64,000 bases of DNA from Eledone cirrhosa. Its lineage: Eukaryota. The position numbers were made by a program, and so were the translations under genes. Positions 1-12,442 of this stretch are shown here, in pieces. The stretch is taken from contig OZ024742.1 of NCBI GenBank assembly GCA_964016885.1, forward strand, positions 70,990,001 through 71,054,000. Reading direction: 5' to 3'. The notes below the pieces were generated by a model. It saw only the letters and a list, made by a program, of their open reading frames with translations. It was not told the DNA's origin and ran no database searches. Numbering within the stretch: position 1 is the stretch's first letter; every line of letters begins with the position of its first letter.

Positions 1-930
1 CTGTCAAACCCATGCAAGTGTGGAAAAACGAATGTAAAAATGGCTGTGTGTATATATATATATATATTATTGTTCAACTCATACCAACATAGATAAAGCT
101 GATGTAAAAACAATGGTGATGGTCTTAAATATCTCCTCACTTATAGTTCTGGTTCTTATTCCTCATGTATGAGTGGACTAAAACTTGTGAAATTAAATAC
201 CTTTCTTCAAAACTTAAACCAAAATAAATATGAACTCATAACTTCAGACAAATCATATTGACTGTATTTGTGAGAGAGAGAGATGAAAGACTCAACTGGA
301 TACAGATCATTTCGACTGTATTTGAGAAATGAAAATGAGGTTAATTGTTCTTATCCGTGTATTTTCTCAATGTGAGCTCATGTAGAAATACCAATGTCCA
401 CTTCAAATGTAGGCTGCATATTTTGGGGATGTCCAGTACATTGCCAACTTCGCCTTTCAGCCTTTTATGGTCAAATAAATAAAGTAGTAGTCTAGGGTAG
501 TAGATTGGCAGTATTGTTAGAGCATCGGACAAGATGCCTTATATATGTTCAGAGTCTGCATTTTGACACAAGAAAAATGGTAGAATGATAAGACTAGGGC
601 TCTTTATTTTTAAAGCAACCAAGAAACCGCCTAGATTTCCTGCTAGACCTGCATGTGTGAAAGCCATCAAAACACCCACAAGACTTCTAGATGTCAATGA
701 CTGAACAGTAGATGTATCTATGGTGACATCTTTCACTGTTAGCAAAACCTCTATCAATGACTAGACTGTAGGTCTTGTGTGTACAAGTGATTTACGAAGT
801 AAAATGTTCATCAGTAGGTTGTTTTTCAATTTAAGACTGCAGAGATTTGCTATCATTTGTGGTTTATGTAACATTTACATTGTTTCAAAGCTCTTTCTCT
901 TTTTTTCATGTGAACAACTTTCATGTCGTC

Positions 931-1360
931 CTCTATACAACAGTCCTCCATACAGTAGTTCTCTATAAAGTAGTCCTCCATACAGTAGTTCTCTATAAAG
1001 TAGTCCTCCATACACTAGTTCTCTATAAAGTAGTCCTCCACACAGTAGCTCTCTATAAAGTAGTCCTCCATACAGTAGTTCTCTATAAAGTAGTCCTCCA
1101 TACAGTAGTTCTCTATAAAGTAGTCCTCCATACAGTAGCTCTCTATAAAGTAGTCCTCCATACAGTAGTTCTTTATAAAGTAGTCCTCCATACAGTAGTT
1201 CTTTATAAAGTAGTCCTCCATACAGTAGTTCTTTATAAAGTAGTCCTCCATACAACAGTCTTCTATACAACAGATCTCTATACAACAGTCTTCTATACAA
1301 CAGATCTCTATGCAACAGTCTTACATACAGCATCCCTCCATACAGTTGTCCACTATGCTG
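931..1360. repeat. 30-bp minisatellite (CTCTATAAAGTAGTCCTCCATACAGTAGTT) grading into degenerate 15-bp units
   Basis: About 10 near-perfect 30-mers at ~941-1250, then 15-mers such as tacaacagtcttcta and tacaacagatctcta. Confidence 0.95.
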
Positions 1361-2129
1361 TAGTTCTCTTTGTTTTGTCAAGTATCATATCATTTGTAAT
1401 TGAGTTTTCTTTATCATATTTGTACACTATTAACAGAACAGGTACACCCCTTATTTTTTTGTAAGATCTGAATAAAAGTGTTGGTTTGCATTTGCATTGC
1501 ATCCAACAATAAAACAGCGCTTCAAAGTTTTTCTTTGGGTCTGCAAGGTTAGCCTTTGATTTAGCAGGAGGAAATAGCTGTAAGATGCTGCTACTGTATA
1601 TTTTGACTTTCACTTAAGTTATCATTACAAATTGATGTTTAGTCAGTTGTCTGTATCTCATTCTGTTACATAACATACTGGTGTTTAGTCAGTTGATTCT
1701 CTCCTTCTCTTACAAAACATTTATTCCTATCAATCATCATCATATAATGTCCATGCTGACATGGGTTAAACAGATTATTATAGACCAGGTCAGTACTTAA
1801 TTAGAGCTATTTTCCTCCCAGATGGCCCAAAGAGGAGGGTCGGTCACATCTCGCGTTCTGGCTTTTAGCATGGTTTCTATTGCTGGATGTCTTTCCCATG
1901 ACCAACCACTTTGTAGAGTGTACTAGGTGCATGTTATCATGGCACGAACATTAAAGAGGTTTTCTCCTTAACACAACTCAAGAATTCTCTCAGCTTTTTG
2001 TTTGGTATGGTTTCTACAGCTAAAACTAACCACTTTACACAATTTGGGATATTTCTGATCGTGATCCCAGCACCGGGTAGTTGTAACCAGTTTTTATTCT
2101 TGTAGTTATTTAGTTTGCTGACTATTGGA

Positions 2130-2410
2130 TGTAGCATGATCAAATGGTTAAGCTTGCTTCATAATCATGAGGTTTTGTGTTCAATCCCACTGCATAGCAT
2201 TTTGGGTTGGTGCCTTTTATCATAGCCTCTGGTTGACTCAAGCTTCGTGAGTGAAATTGCGTAGACTGAAACTGTTTCGAAGCCCGTCAAGTGTACTGTA
2301 CCTGTAATTGAAAGGACCAGCCTTGCCACACACTGTCAGTGCTAAATCTTCCTATGAATTATGTTAAAGATATATGTGTTCATGGACTATACAACCACTA
2401 ACACATTAAT
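2130..2410 (+). mobile_element. Degenerate tRNA-derived SINE plus adjoining repeat, interrupted at ~2411
   Basis: Decayed A/B box-like head (aaatggttaag...gtgttcaatccc) and body ending gtagactgaaactgtttcgaagcccgtc. The downstream part is homologous to 57690-57825 and resumes at ~3427. Confidence 0.6.
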
Positions 2411-3426
2411 ATATATATTCGTGTAAAAGTCTTTAGGCGGGCGATGGTCAGACATCCCGTCTAATTGGATATTGTTTACTGGCACATAGTCAAAGAAGGA
2501 ATAAGGAACATACCTCAATTTTATGTTATAAAAACATTTTTTAATAGGAGCAATTACAGAATATATTAGTGCTCCTAAGTTGGGATATATTTAAGTCGTC
2601 GTATACTGCCGCATGGTGTGATATCGCCCTTTTGATCACTGCGTAGAAACACGTCTCTTTTTCCCGAGGAGATCATCGTTTAATAAATATTATTTCAGCT
2701 ACTGACGTCAGAACTAAGGGCAGTTAATCGACTGCCTTCACAGTTAACGCTAGATGGCGTGATCTTCTACATGGCCTCCCACCAGATTTTTAGAAAATTA
2801 AATAAAAATCGGTTCATCGAATCATGTATGTAGAAAAACCGATTAGCAACCAGCAAAAATCCCAAACCAAGGAGCAATCAGCCCAACCGAGCATGAAGGG
2901 CACAACAAATTTCAAAAATACATATTAAACAAGCATGCAAGAACGTGAAAGGAAAAAACAAATGTAATAAAATGTATGAATTTTTAAAACCATTTTTTAA
3001 GGTTTGATTTATGGGGTTAACTATTACATGGTCTAAACCCATGCTAGCATGGAAGATAGATGTTAAACGATGATGATATTACTTTTGAGGAGCTTGAAAT
3101 TTAACCTAGAATCCAAAGTACCCAAAGTACTGTATAAGTAGCAGAAGCTCAACTTTAGGGCAGGCTTCATTGAAGTAGGCACTTGTTTGGGTAAATTTTT
3201 AGTCTCGGACATGTATTTGCAATAATATAAATTTGCCTTTTCATGACGATTTTGTAACAGTGTTATTTCTACATACAGGGTGATACCTTGACTCACAAAT
3301 ATTGACCTGTTATCTGTGAAATACTAGGGTCAACTTTTAAACAAGATCTATGGAAAATTCCAGATTTTTTGGCCAAAAGTAGGGAGTCCACTTTTACATG
3401 AGATGGACCATTACACGAGTATATAT
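2411..3426. mobile_element. ~1 kb non-autonomous DNA transposon with 16-bp TIRs in a TA-rich target (Tc1/mariner superfamily-like)
   Basis: Left end atatatattcgtgtaa versus the reverse complement of the right end atatatactcgtgtaa (1 mismatch). It splits an older repeat and has no transposase ORF. Confidence 0.6.
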
Positions 3427-3814
3427 ATTAATTATCAAGTAGGTATTTCTATTGATGAACAGCTGGAACACTCATAGTTGAAGCTGAAAAAAGTCAATTT
3501 CTATTTTTTTCTCTTTTACTGGTGATGATGATGAAATGTTAAAAGTAAATGTCTTGATTTTCTAATTACTTTACAATTTTGTTTGGTCTATCAGAAAAGT
3601 TCTGAGGCCATCTCTCTCTCTTTCTCACAATACTGAAGAATCCTTTATACCCAAATTTGATCTAATCACTTTCAACAAAGTTTTCATTGCCAATATTTCC
3701 TTTCATTATTGATTTATCCAGTATGTCTCAAACAATGTATTAAGCATTTCAAACTGATTGATTTTCATTTTTCTTTTTTTTTTTCCTGATCAATTTTACT
3801 TTTGATTTCCACAG

Positions 3815-3941
3815 GAAAACCACCAGCAAGTGGTTAGTGATTGTTCCAAGGCCCTGGAATTAAATCCTAGATATATTAAAGCTTTAACTCGTCGAGCCAA
3901 ATCAGCTGACCAAATAGGCAACTTGAAATTGGCTTTAGAAG
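3815..3941 (+). CDS. TOMM70: TOM70-like mitochondrial import receptor, internal coding exon (first in window), TPR clamp region
   Basis: Pyrimidine tract and acag acceptor at 3811-3814, gtgaga donor at 3942. Translates ENHQQVVSDCSKALELNPRYIKALTRRAKSADQIGNLKLALE(D), similar to the TOM70 motif DCTKAVELNPKYVKALFRRAKA. 127 nt, ends in phase 1. Confidence 0.88.
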
Positions 3942-4070
3942 GTGAGAATAACTATACAATATCATTGTCACTACTAACCATTCTATCATCATATTCTATT
4001 CAATTAATATCATAGCAGAAGAGATGTTTCTCCCTCTGTCTGTCTGTCACACTTAAATGTATGTATATAA

Positions 4071-5204
4071 TACAAGGGTCAGCTGACCCAGATACTCTCA
4101 TGGAATGTGACCAAATGAGGTTTGTTTTTCAACATAGTCCTCCTTGTGGTTCATACACTTCTTCCATCGGTGTTGCAGTGCTTGGATACCGTTGGTGAAG
4201 AAGCTTTCATCCTGTTGGTGAAAAAAGTCATCACCAGCAGATATGACATCATCATCACTGCAATACTGGTTCCTAGCCAAGTGATTTTTCAAGTTGGGTG
4301 ACAGATGATAGTTAGCTGTAGCCAAATCAGGAATATAGAGAAAGTGATGAACTAGTTCAAAGCCATAGTTACACACAGCAGCCATTGAAACCAATGACTC
4401 GTGTGCTGGAGCATTGTCCTGATGAAACGTCAGTTTTCCTAGGTGTATGATCTTGACAGCCTTTCATAACTCTCTCAGCAAGTTGGCATTGTACTCTCCA
4501 TTGATGGTGTGGCTCTTCTGAAGATAGTCAATAAAGACAATGCCTTTTGTATCCAAAAAAACTGAGGTCATCACCTTCCCTTCAGATGAAACAACTTTGG
4601 CCTTTGGATCAGATGATGAGAGGTGTATACACTGCATGGATTGTCTCTTTGTCTCTGGTTCACACTGATGAACCCAACACTCATCCTACCACAATGTCAG
4701 ATTTTCCTGTGATGTAACACCCACCGAGCAGAAACCTTTGTCATGCGTAAGGATATGCTAATAGTATTGTTTATTTGATTTATACCCAATCGCCTGTCAT
4801 CCATCACCATGTGGTGAACACGTTTTCCTCAATGATGAAAGTTGCAGTACATCCAGATCTTGGGTCATCTTCAAGACTCTCTCGTCTCTTCCTAAATTTA
4901 GTTGCCTACTTTTGCACTGTTGATAAAGCTGGAGCGTCATCCCCTAATGTAGCAATCATGTCAGCATGAATGTCCTTGGGGTCTAAACCCTTTTTCTGTA
5001 GGTGCTTGATAAAACCACAATGTCAAATTTTGTCCATTTTTAATAGAAGTCACTACTAGTTTTCTGTTGACGTCTTCTGTGAACAGTTAGATGTCAGCTT
5101 ACCTGGAAAGAATCAATGCAGATATTAATCAGAGTTGGAATTAATGCATGCAATATTTCACAGCTCTAGTATCACTCCTGTGAACTTTTGAGCCCACCCT
5201 TGTA
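4071..5204 (-). mobile_element. Decayed mariner transposon (transposase pseudogene)
   Basis: Termini TACAAGGGT...ACCCTTGTA with TA ends. N-terminus from ATG 5037 (IHADMIATLGDDAPALSTV...ESLEDDPRSG). C-terminus YIPDLATANYHLSPNLK...GIQALQHRWKKC...DYVEK, a decayed YSPDLAPSD motif. Contains stops and deletions. Confidence 0.92.
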
Positions 5205-5267
5205 CATATAACCTTTTGGGGTTCTTTCAAAATATAGACAATACAACAAAGACTTTCGCTATAATTG

Positions 5268-5452
5268 TTTCTACTTTTGGCACAAGGCCAGCAATTATCC
5301 CAGTGCATTACTGGTACTTTATTTTATCGACCCTGTAAGGATGAAAGGCAAACTTAAACTCGGCAGGATTTGAACTCAGACCATAAAGGGCCGTAACTCT
5401 TTGCTGCAAAGCATGGCGTCCAACCCTCTACCGATACTGCCAATCCACCGCC
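5268..5452 (-). mobile_element. SINE copy (family with the tttgcctttcatcctt core)
   Basis: The reverse complement reads ggcggtggattggcagtatcggtagag...tctgagttcaaatcctgccgag...tttgcctttcatcctt. Related + strand copies lie near 9855, 11150 and 58020. Confidence 0.7.
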
Positions 5453-5520
5453 AAGACTTTCACTATAATGACAGGTTGTTGTTGAAAGAGAAATACAATG
5501 AGAGAGAGAGTGTATGAAAG

Positions 5521-8500
5521 ATAGATAGATTTGTTTCTTTATTAGCCACAGGGGCACAAAAGAAGAGGACAAATACAAAGGCGGAAGTTTACATACAATA
5601 AAAACGTGTAAAATATTATCACAAATGCAATTTCAAAGTTAATTGATTTTTCCCCAATAGGGGGAGACATTTCATATGGGTAACACATACCCCCCAAAAA
5701 ATGTGCAACCCTCATCTCCAGGAGTACAAAGAGTTTGTACCCCTTTCCTCTCTTCCTCTTTTTCCTCAACCTATAGGCTGATATAGAGAGAAGGCCCATT
5801 CACTCGGGCCTTCTCGCCACTTTCACCCACCTTTCATAAAATTTACTGGGGTACAGCACCTCTCTCTCCATCCTGATTCTTCTTCCAAAGTGGTATTTGA
5901 AAAAAAGAATCGGTTGTTGGTCGGAGAGAAAGGTGTCTGACCTCAGCCCTCTTAACCTTGTCCACCATACAACCTCTTTCGCCATAGCTATCACACAAAG
6001 GAAAACCGCCTCTCCTTAGTTTTTGAAGGAGGATGGCGGTTTGATCATGACAATGGACTCGGTGGTCAACCGGATTGGTCTGACCCGCGACAATAGTCGT
6101 TCTACATAGCCCCACAGGTCGGTAACGCCCGGGCAGTGTATGAATGCATGCGCGACGGTTTCTTCATCTCGGACAGATCTTTTTCGAAGGGTCCCTGCCC
6201 GGGCGCCCATGTCTGTAGAGCTTGTCTCGAACTGGTAGAGCTCCTCGGTAGCACTGCCAGGCCAAGGACTTTTGGAAGTTGTCCATCGGTCCCGGGCGGA
6301 AGGTCTTACAGAACAGACTGGCTAGTTCGTCTTCCTCTACGCCTAGAGCTTCTCTGAGCGCATCGTCGCACTTGCTGCGGATCAACCCTCTATAGAATGA
6401 CGAAGTGGAGGCTCCACTGATCGCCGGGTCCCCCTGCCAGAGAGCTGTGAACGCCTGAGCACATTCGATGTGCCAGTCCCCCATTTTCCTCGGTCTTTGC
6501 TTGACCCAGGACTGCAGCTAGGTCAGCGAGACAAGTCGTGGGAAGGCTCGCCTCATGAATGGGGCCCACATCGCTTGTCCGGTGAGGAATACGTGGAGGT
6601 GCCGCAGCCTGAGAGCGTGTTTGCGCATCGTCAGCCACGGCATCCCCAGCCCTCCGTTTGAAGGGTGTTGGCAGCAGATGGATCTTCTCACCAAAGGAGC
6701 CCGCTTCTTCCAAAGGAATTGGAAGAGCGCGCGCTCCATTTTGGTGAGCGTTTTGGCTGGACAAGGCACGACGGTCAAGCGGTAGTAGATGACGGACGCT
6801 ATAAAAGTGTTCGCCACCTACGCTCGACCTTTCAAGGATAGTTTGCACTCAGCCCACTTCTGGGTGAGTGCAAACACCTTGGCCGTCACGTTGTTCCAGT
6901 TCTTCTCCACCTGGAGGTCCGGACCAAACCAGACCCCGGGTCGCTTTACTGGTCCTTCCGTCTAGCGTCCGACGCCGCCATTGGAAGGCATCGGTTTGCC
7001 TCTTCACGATCCGAGTTGCAAACCGATGGACTTGTCCCGGTTCAGCTTCGCTCCTATGAACCTTTCGTATTCCTTCAGTAAGGTGCCAACTTCCTCGATT
7101 TGCGAGGTGCTTGACGCCATTACTGTCACGGCGTCGGCGTAGGCCTACGCCGCTTTCCGCACTCGCGGTTCCAGAGGGATGCCCTGCAATAGCTCCAACT
7201 TCTGCAATAGTGGCTCAAGAGTCGGTACGTACAGAAGGGAGGAGAGAGGGCATCCCTGTCGGATGGATCGCGTGATATGGAACGGCTCCGAGAGGTAGCC
7301 CTTCACCTTGACCCTTGAGCAGATGTTGCTGTTGTGCATTGCAGCAATCCAGCCCCTGAACACAGGTACAAAGCCTGCCGCCTCGAGCACCGCATCCAGG
7401 TAACGTTGGTCAACCCTATCGAAAGCCTTAGACGGATCCAAGTTGATCAGGGCCCCACCGAAGCCGGGTTTACACCCTACCTTCTCTGTGATGTATCGCT
7501 TGAGGTGGAGGTTGTCGTGTATGGACCTGGTCGGGATTGCACATGTCTGCGCTTCTCCCACCAGGTTTTTGACGACAAGCGCCAGCCTCTTTGCCAACAC
7601 CTTGGCCAAAATCTCTAAACTCTGTGTTTAGCAGAGTTATGGGCCTGAAGTTGCCTATGTCATCCCCCATATTCTCATCCTTCCTGACTAGTGTGACTAA
7701 GCCCCTGGTCACAGAACTGGGAATTCTCCCGTTCTGCTGCCAGTTGTAGTAGACCGCTTCCAGGAGACCGGAGAACAAGTCCGGTATTCCTATATAAAAT
7801 TCGTAGGGTAGACCGTCGAGACCTGGAGATTTGCGTTTGCCGCATTGGCTCAGCACGTCCCCTATCTCAGCGGCCGAAATCGGCCTTTCGCAGAACTTCG
7901 CCTTGCTGTCCGAGAGTCGCGGTAGGCCATCGAGGTATGGACCGAAATCCATAGCCCCTCCCGGCGCGCTGCCCTGCCCGAACAGTTGAGCAAAGTGCCG
8001 CTGAAAGGCCGCGCACATCTGCTTCGGCTCACGTATCACGCATCCGTCTTAGTCCTTCAAAGACCGAATCGTGGACTTGTTGCCACTTTTCGCCTCCGTC
8101 ACTCGGGCCCAGCTAACAGCTTTGGCTCCCTTGTTTCTCAGAGTACGTATTTTGCTTCTGACAACGCAGCCTTCATGCTTTGCGTCGAAGAACTGGTCCT
8201 AGGCCGTTCTCGTCGCTAGCACATTGGCTACGTTGCCACTCCTAAGTGCCTCTTCTACTTTATCTACCAGTTCCTTTTCGGTCTTATTTCTATCTAACAC
8301 TAATTCTTTACTAAAACCTATCGAGTCTAATCTAACTGCCCTCTTGAGAGAGTACCACCATCTGTTGTTGACAATGGCCCCCGTCAAGTGCTGCTTAACT
8401 AAAGTGCTAATCCGTCTACTGTAGGCTTTGCATGTCGGTAACGACAAGTTCAGCTTCCAGTAGCCGGGTCCCTGCCTATGGGTTTTGTCAAGGTTGACTA

Positions 8501-9540
8501 AGCAGGTCACTAATTTGTGATCTGAATAGGCAACCACGAACATTTGTGGACAGCTTAACATGTCCCTATCCTTCTTTCTAACTAGAACCCTATCTAGGTA
8601 CGATCTAGATGTTCCGCTGCGATTAGTCCACGTCCACAGTGGCACAGTCGGAAAATCTAGTCGATATCTATCAGCCAGGTCAAATCGGCTGATTAACTGT
8701 TTGAGGCTGTTACACCCCCCTCTATCGGGACATGCTCCCACATAGTCCCAACGTGCACCTAGGATTCCATTCCAGTCCCCCACTAACAGCAGAGAGCGAG
8801 ATGTTCCTAGAAAAGTCTCTAGACGTTTGAAGAAGTCTGGCCGCGGTGTCCCGGATGGGGCATATGCGGTCACCAGCCTGAAGGCTCCACCTTCACTACC
8901 GTCAATGTCTAGGACCACCAGTCGGCCCTCTTGGTCTAGATGTACCGTCTGTGTTATGAGGTCCAGGTGTTTCCGCAGCAAAACGGCAACCCCACCCCCA
9001 CCTCCCGCCTGACAGAGAGATGCGTAGATCTCAAAGTCGTCGAAGATGGGGGCCAGTTGTCGCTCGCTGTGGATCCTGGCTACTACATCCATACTGTGCA
9101 ACCTGAGGCCGTTTAAGAGTTTGCCCTGTCTCCAGGGCATCCCCAGCCCGCGTACATTCACACATCCAACTCTTATATTGGCCATGTTGGTGCTGAAAAG
9201 TTAAAAGAAGAGGAAAAGAAATCACTCACCTCTTTGTCTCCTGGGGACCAGGCTGCACAATTTCCATGGGGTTGTTTGGTGGGGTGGTGGTCTCTGGCGG
9301 GGTGGGGAGGGGGTGTCAGGTCAGGTGGGGTGGAGAAACATTTCAAAAGGACGCGGTTATAGGGTTTGACGCAGGGGTTACCTACGTCGTTAGGAAATTT
9401 TTCTTTTAACTGTTTATGTGTGTCCATGGAGATCCTAATCATTTTAAGATTAGGATTCTCTGCAGAGGGTGTAAAAGTTTTATAGATTGAGAGATAGTGT
9501 TGAAAACAAGGGAATTTTAAGTGCATGTCTGTCAACATAT
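5521..9540 (-). mobile_element. Decayed L1/Tx1-clade non-LTR retrotransposon: possible ORF1 3' remnant, ORF2 (APE endonuclease, RT, C-terminal Cys/His motif) and 3' UTR
   Basis: APE motifs NVRGL, YAP, GDWN, YLDRVL and SDH (8199-9185). RT motifs PGLDGLPYEFY, FRPITLLN, KAFDRV, RQGCPLS and YADA. C-terminal CPR...ETVAHAFIHC. AATAAA at 5538-5543 (- strand) with a short (ATCT)n tail. Several frameshifts and stops; GC-rich compared with the flanks. The 5' boundary is approximate. Confidence 0.93.
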
Positions 9541-10747
9541 GACAGAAAAAAAAACGAGTTGTATATTTTTGTATGTCCTAAGGAAAACTGGTCCCCAACT
9601 AGTCTAATAGAAATTTTGTGGTAACATTAGATCTTAACACGAGAAATGACAAATTTATACTCAGTCTACCTTCACATTAAATATTCAACACAACCAAGTC
9701 ATTAGTCATCATCATCATTGTTTTTACCTCCACATATCCATGTTAGCATGAGTTGGATGTTTTGCAACTGTTTTAGTTGTTTCTTATGACATGCAAGTAT
9801 ATGGTGTATCTATTCTAAATCAGATATACAGATAAAGCAAAGGACAAAATACACTCTGGGTTCAAATCATGCCAAGGCCAGTTTTACCTTTCATTTGTTT
9901 GGAGATCATAAAGACTCAATCCAAGGCAGTGGATTGTCGGATTTGTTAAAGCATTGAACGAAGTGCTTCGTGGTATTTCTAAGTGGGCAACTAATCAAGT
10001 TGTCCAGTTAAACACCACCCACCACCTGCCCTTTAGGGGTCTTGTTGCAAGCATTCCTTGCAGGTCTCTGATTTGAGGATACCTTCCTCCTGCCCTTCCT
10101 CTCTCCTCTAGCATAGTTGAAAGAGAGGTCAATCATCACCCTCACAACACAATAGAAACTCTTAAGTCTGCTATTTCCAGCACAAGGTCTAGCATTGATA
10201 GAGATCATCTGATTTGGACATGCCAATCCTAACGGAGGATTCATTGAATAGATATCATAAATGTATTGTAAATAATATTTGTACCAATTTGTAGCTAAAT
10301 ATAGCATTTCATTGATGTGCTATGCATCTTTTTCTAAAAAAAACTGGCGCATTTTGTATCTAAGTGACACTCTTATCCCAGCATCATCAGAGAAAAGTAG
10401 ATAATGAATTGTTGAGGATGATTAGAAAAGAACCAGTGATAAATGTTTGGAAAAGAAATGGAATGAGATTGTTGGGTCATGTGTTGAAGGATGAGTGACT
10501 GGGTAAGAGGAATGATGGAAATTAATATGGAAAGAAGTTGAAGAGGATGACAAAGAAAGACATGGCTAAAGATTATGGTGCAGAAATGAAAGCCAGGGGT
10601 TTGGTGGGGTGGAGGAATGCAGGTGAAAGAATAAATCAAAGGAGCTTAGTTTGGGGTCTGCAAGGCTAACCCTTGCTTTGGTAAGGGTAATGGCCTTAAA
10701 ATGTTGTTGATGTCAGTTATATAACTTTCCATTTATTCTATTTCCAG

Positions 10748-10857
10748 ATTTAACTTTGTTATGCATGTTGGAAAATTTTGCAAATGTGAACACTGTCAAC
10801 TTTTCTGAAAGAGTTCTACGAGACCTTGGAAAACAGAAAGCTAAAGTTGAAATGGCA
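10748..10857 (+). CDS. TOMM70: TOM70-like coding exon 2 in window
   Basis: tttccag acceptor, gtaagt donor at 10858. G+AT completes Asp; (D)LTLLCMLENFANVNTVNFSERVLRDLGKQKAKVEMA resembles TOM70 DVTAVCILEGFQN...DKVLKLLGKEKAKE. Phase 1 in, phase 0 out. Confidence 0.88.
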
Positions 10858-11734
10858 GTAAGTTTTTTTTTCTTTTTTATCAAGCAATCTGAATATTTAT
10901 TAATATACTAATAGCTTTGTAAAACTAACAAACACTTGGATTCTAAACTTATCAGCACTCTATCTATCTTCTAAAATACTTTTGTTTTAAAAGCTGAAAT
11001 TACATTTGTGTTGGAGCATTCATGATGTCTTTTGTATTAAATCCTTAAGATATTTCAAGATTCCTAGGTTGATTTAGAACTAAGAACCTGGTTATCTGAG
11101 TATAGAATCTCCAATATTAATTCACTTTTGGAATTTCGCTTTGAAGAACAGGCAGACAAAAATTAGAACGCTGGAATGAGTCTCTGTTATATGAGTTCAA
11201 ATCCCATCTAGGACAACTTTACCTTTCGTCCTTTAAGGGTTGATAAAGTCCCTGTCTGTGGCAGTGATTTGACAAAATTGTTAAAGCACTGAATGGTATG
11301 CCTTGCTGTATCTGTTCTGAATTTAAATCCTACGTTGTGATATTCCTATCATTAAAACATCCAAAAAAACCTGTAAGATGCGACCTCATAGAAGACCAGC
11401 TAAACTTATGCAAATGTGAGCTGTAACAACCCATAATTTGACATTTTTATTAACATTGGCTTCTCTCTAAATAACCTCATATTAACTACCAGTTGAATTC
11501 TCTAGGTGAATTTAAAAGAAAGCTGAAGGCTTACAAATGGCTTTTTTGGCTATGATTTGTTACTTATCAATGTTAGACTGGTTCTTATCTGTTCTCATGA
11601 ACTTATCTACTCCTTTGTCCATGTGACTTCATACATCCCCATTCTCCCTGTGTAACTTCATGTACACATGTATCTCATTAACTTCATGTTCACTTCAACA
11701 ACTTATACTTACACTACAGTTGTATGCATGTATT

Positions 11735-12060
11735 CATCATCTCATTTTACGTCCACTTTTCCCTGCTTGCAAGGGTGGGACGGGAACTGATTCTGGCTTG
11801 ATTTCTACAGCTGGATGCTCTTCCTAACACCAACCTCATTTACAGTGAGTGCTGGGTGCTTTTTTGCCGTGGCACCTCCACGACCAATTTGCAGTGGAAT
11901 GATTTGGACCCCAGTCCCTATCATCTCATTTCTACAGCTGAGTAAACTGGAGCAATGTGAAATAAAGTGTCTTGCTCAAGGACACAACACATCACCTGGT
12001 CTGAGAATTGAACTCACAACCTTTCGATTGCAAGGCCAATGCTCTAACCACTGAGCCATG
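11735..12060 (-). mobile_element. Near-intact tRNA-derived SINE with CORE-like body and GAT-repeat tail
   Basis: On the - strand: A box TGGCTCAGTGG, B box GAGTTCAATTC, body gtgtccttgagcaagacactt, tail ...ggacgtaaaatgagatgatg. A near-identical copy lies at 61915-62228. Confidence 0.85.
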
Positions 12061-12352
12061 TATTATATTATATTATTCCAGAACATCTTATTTATTACAT
12101 CAAATCTTAATGTCCATATGAAACCACATTAGCAAGACATTGAAAAATACAAAACATCACGATGACTGAATTGTATTAAATATTGAAGTCTTTACTCTAA
12201 TACTGTTAAATATCACAACAATCTGTACACTAGTAAAGATGCTATAAACATTTGAATTAATAAACTGTTTTTTAGATATTTTCTGCTAAATCATTCCAGT
12301 TTATTAAGAATTAATAGTTTTAATTAGAACACATTTTTTACTTGTAGAATGT

Positions 12353-12442
12353 AATCTTAGTTGTGGAATTAATAACCATCTATTGTGTTGTTAGTACAAT
12401 ACAATCTTAGTTGTGGAATTAATAACCATCTATTGTGTTGTT
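12353..12442. repeat. Direct duplication, ~40-bp identity, ~50-bp period
   Basis: aatcttagttgtggaattaataaccatctattgtgttgtt occurs twice. Confidence 0.9.

Noticed and set aside
847-1464. ORFs (VVLHTVVLYK)n, (LLYGGLLYRE)n and (MEDYFIENYC)n
   Set aside because: They are translations of the 30-bp minisatellite and show no domain or splice support.
5800-9185. Active retrotransposon or domesticated RT gene
   Set aside because: It has multiple frameshifts and stops, and the catalytic YADD motif is altered to YADA.
11815-12054. Duplicated small ORFs (also 62038-62265) as a gene pair
   Set aside because: Both lie antisense within copies of the same SINE.
11990-12060. tRNA-Cys gene on the - strand
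   Set aside because: A/B boxes are present, but there is no clear acceptor stem and the sequence continues into a SINE body duplicated elsewhere.
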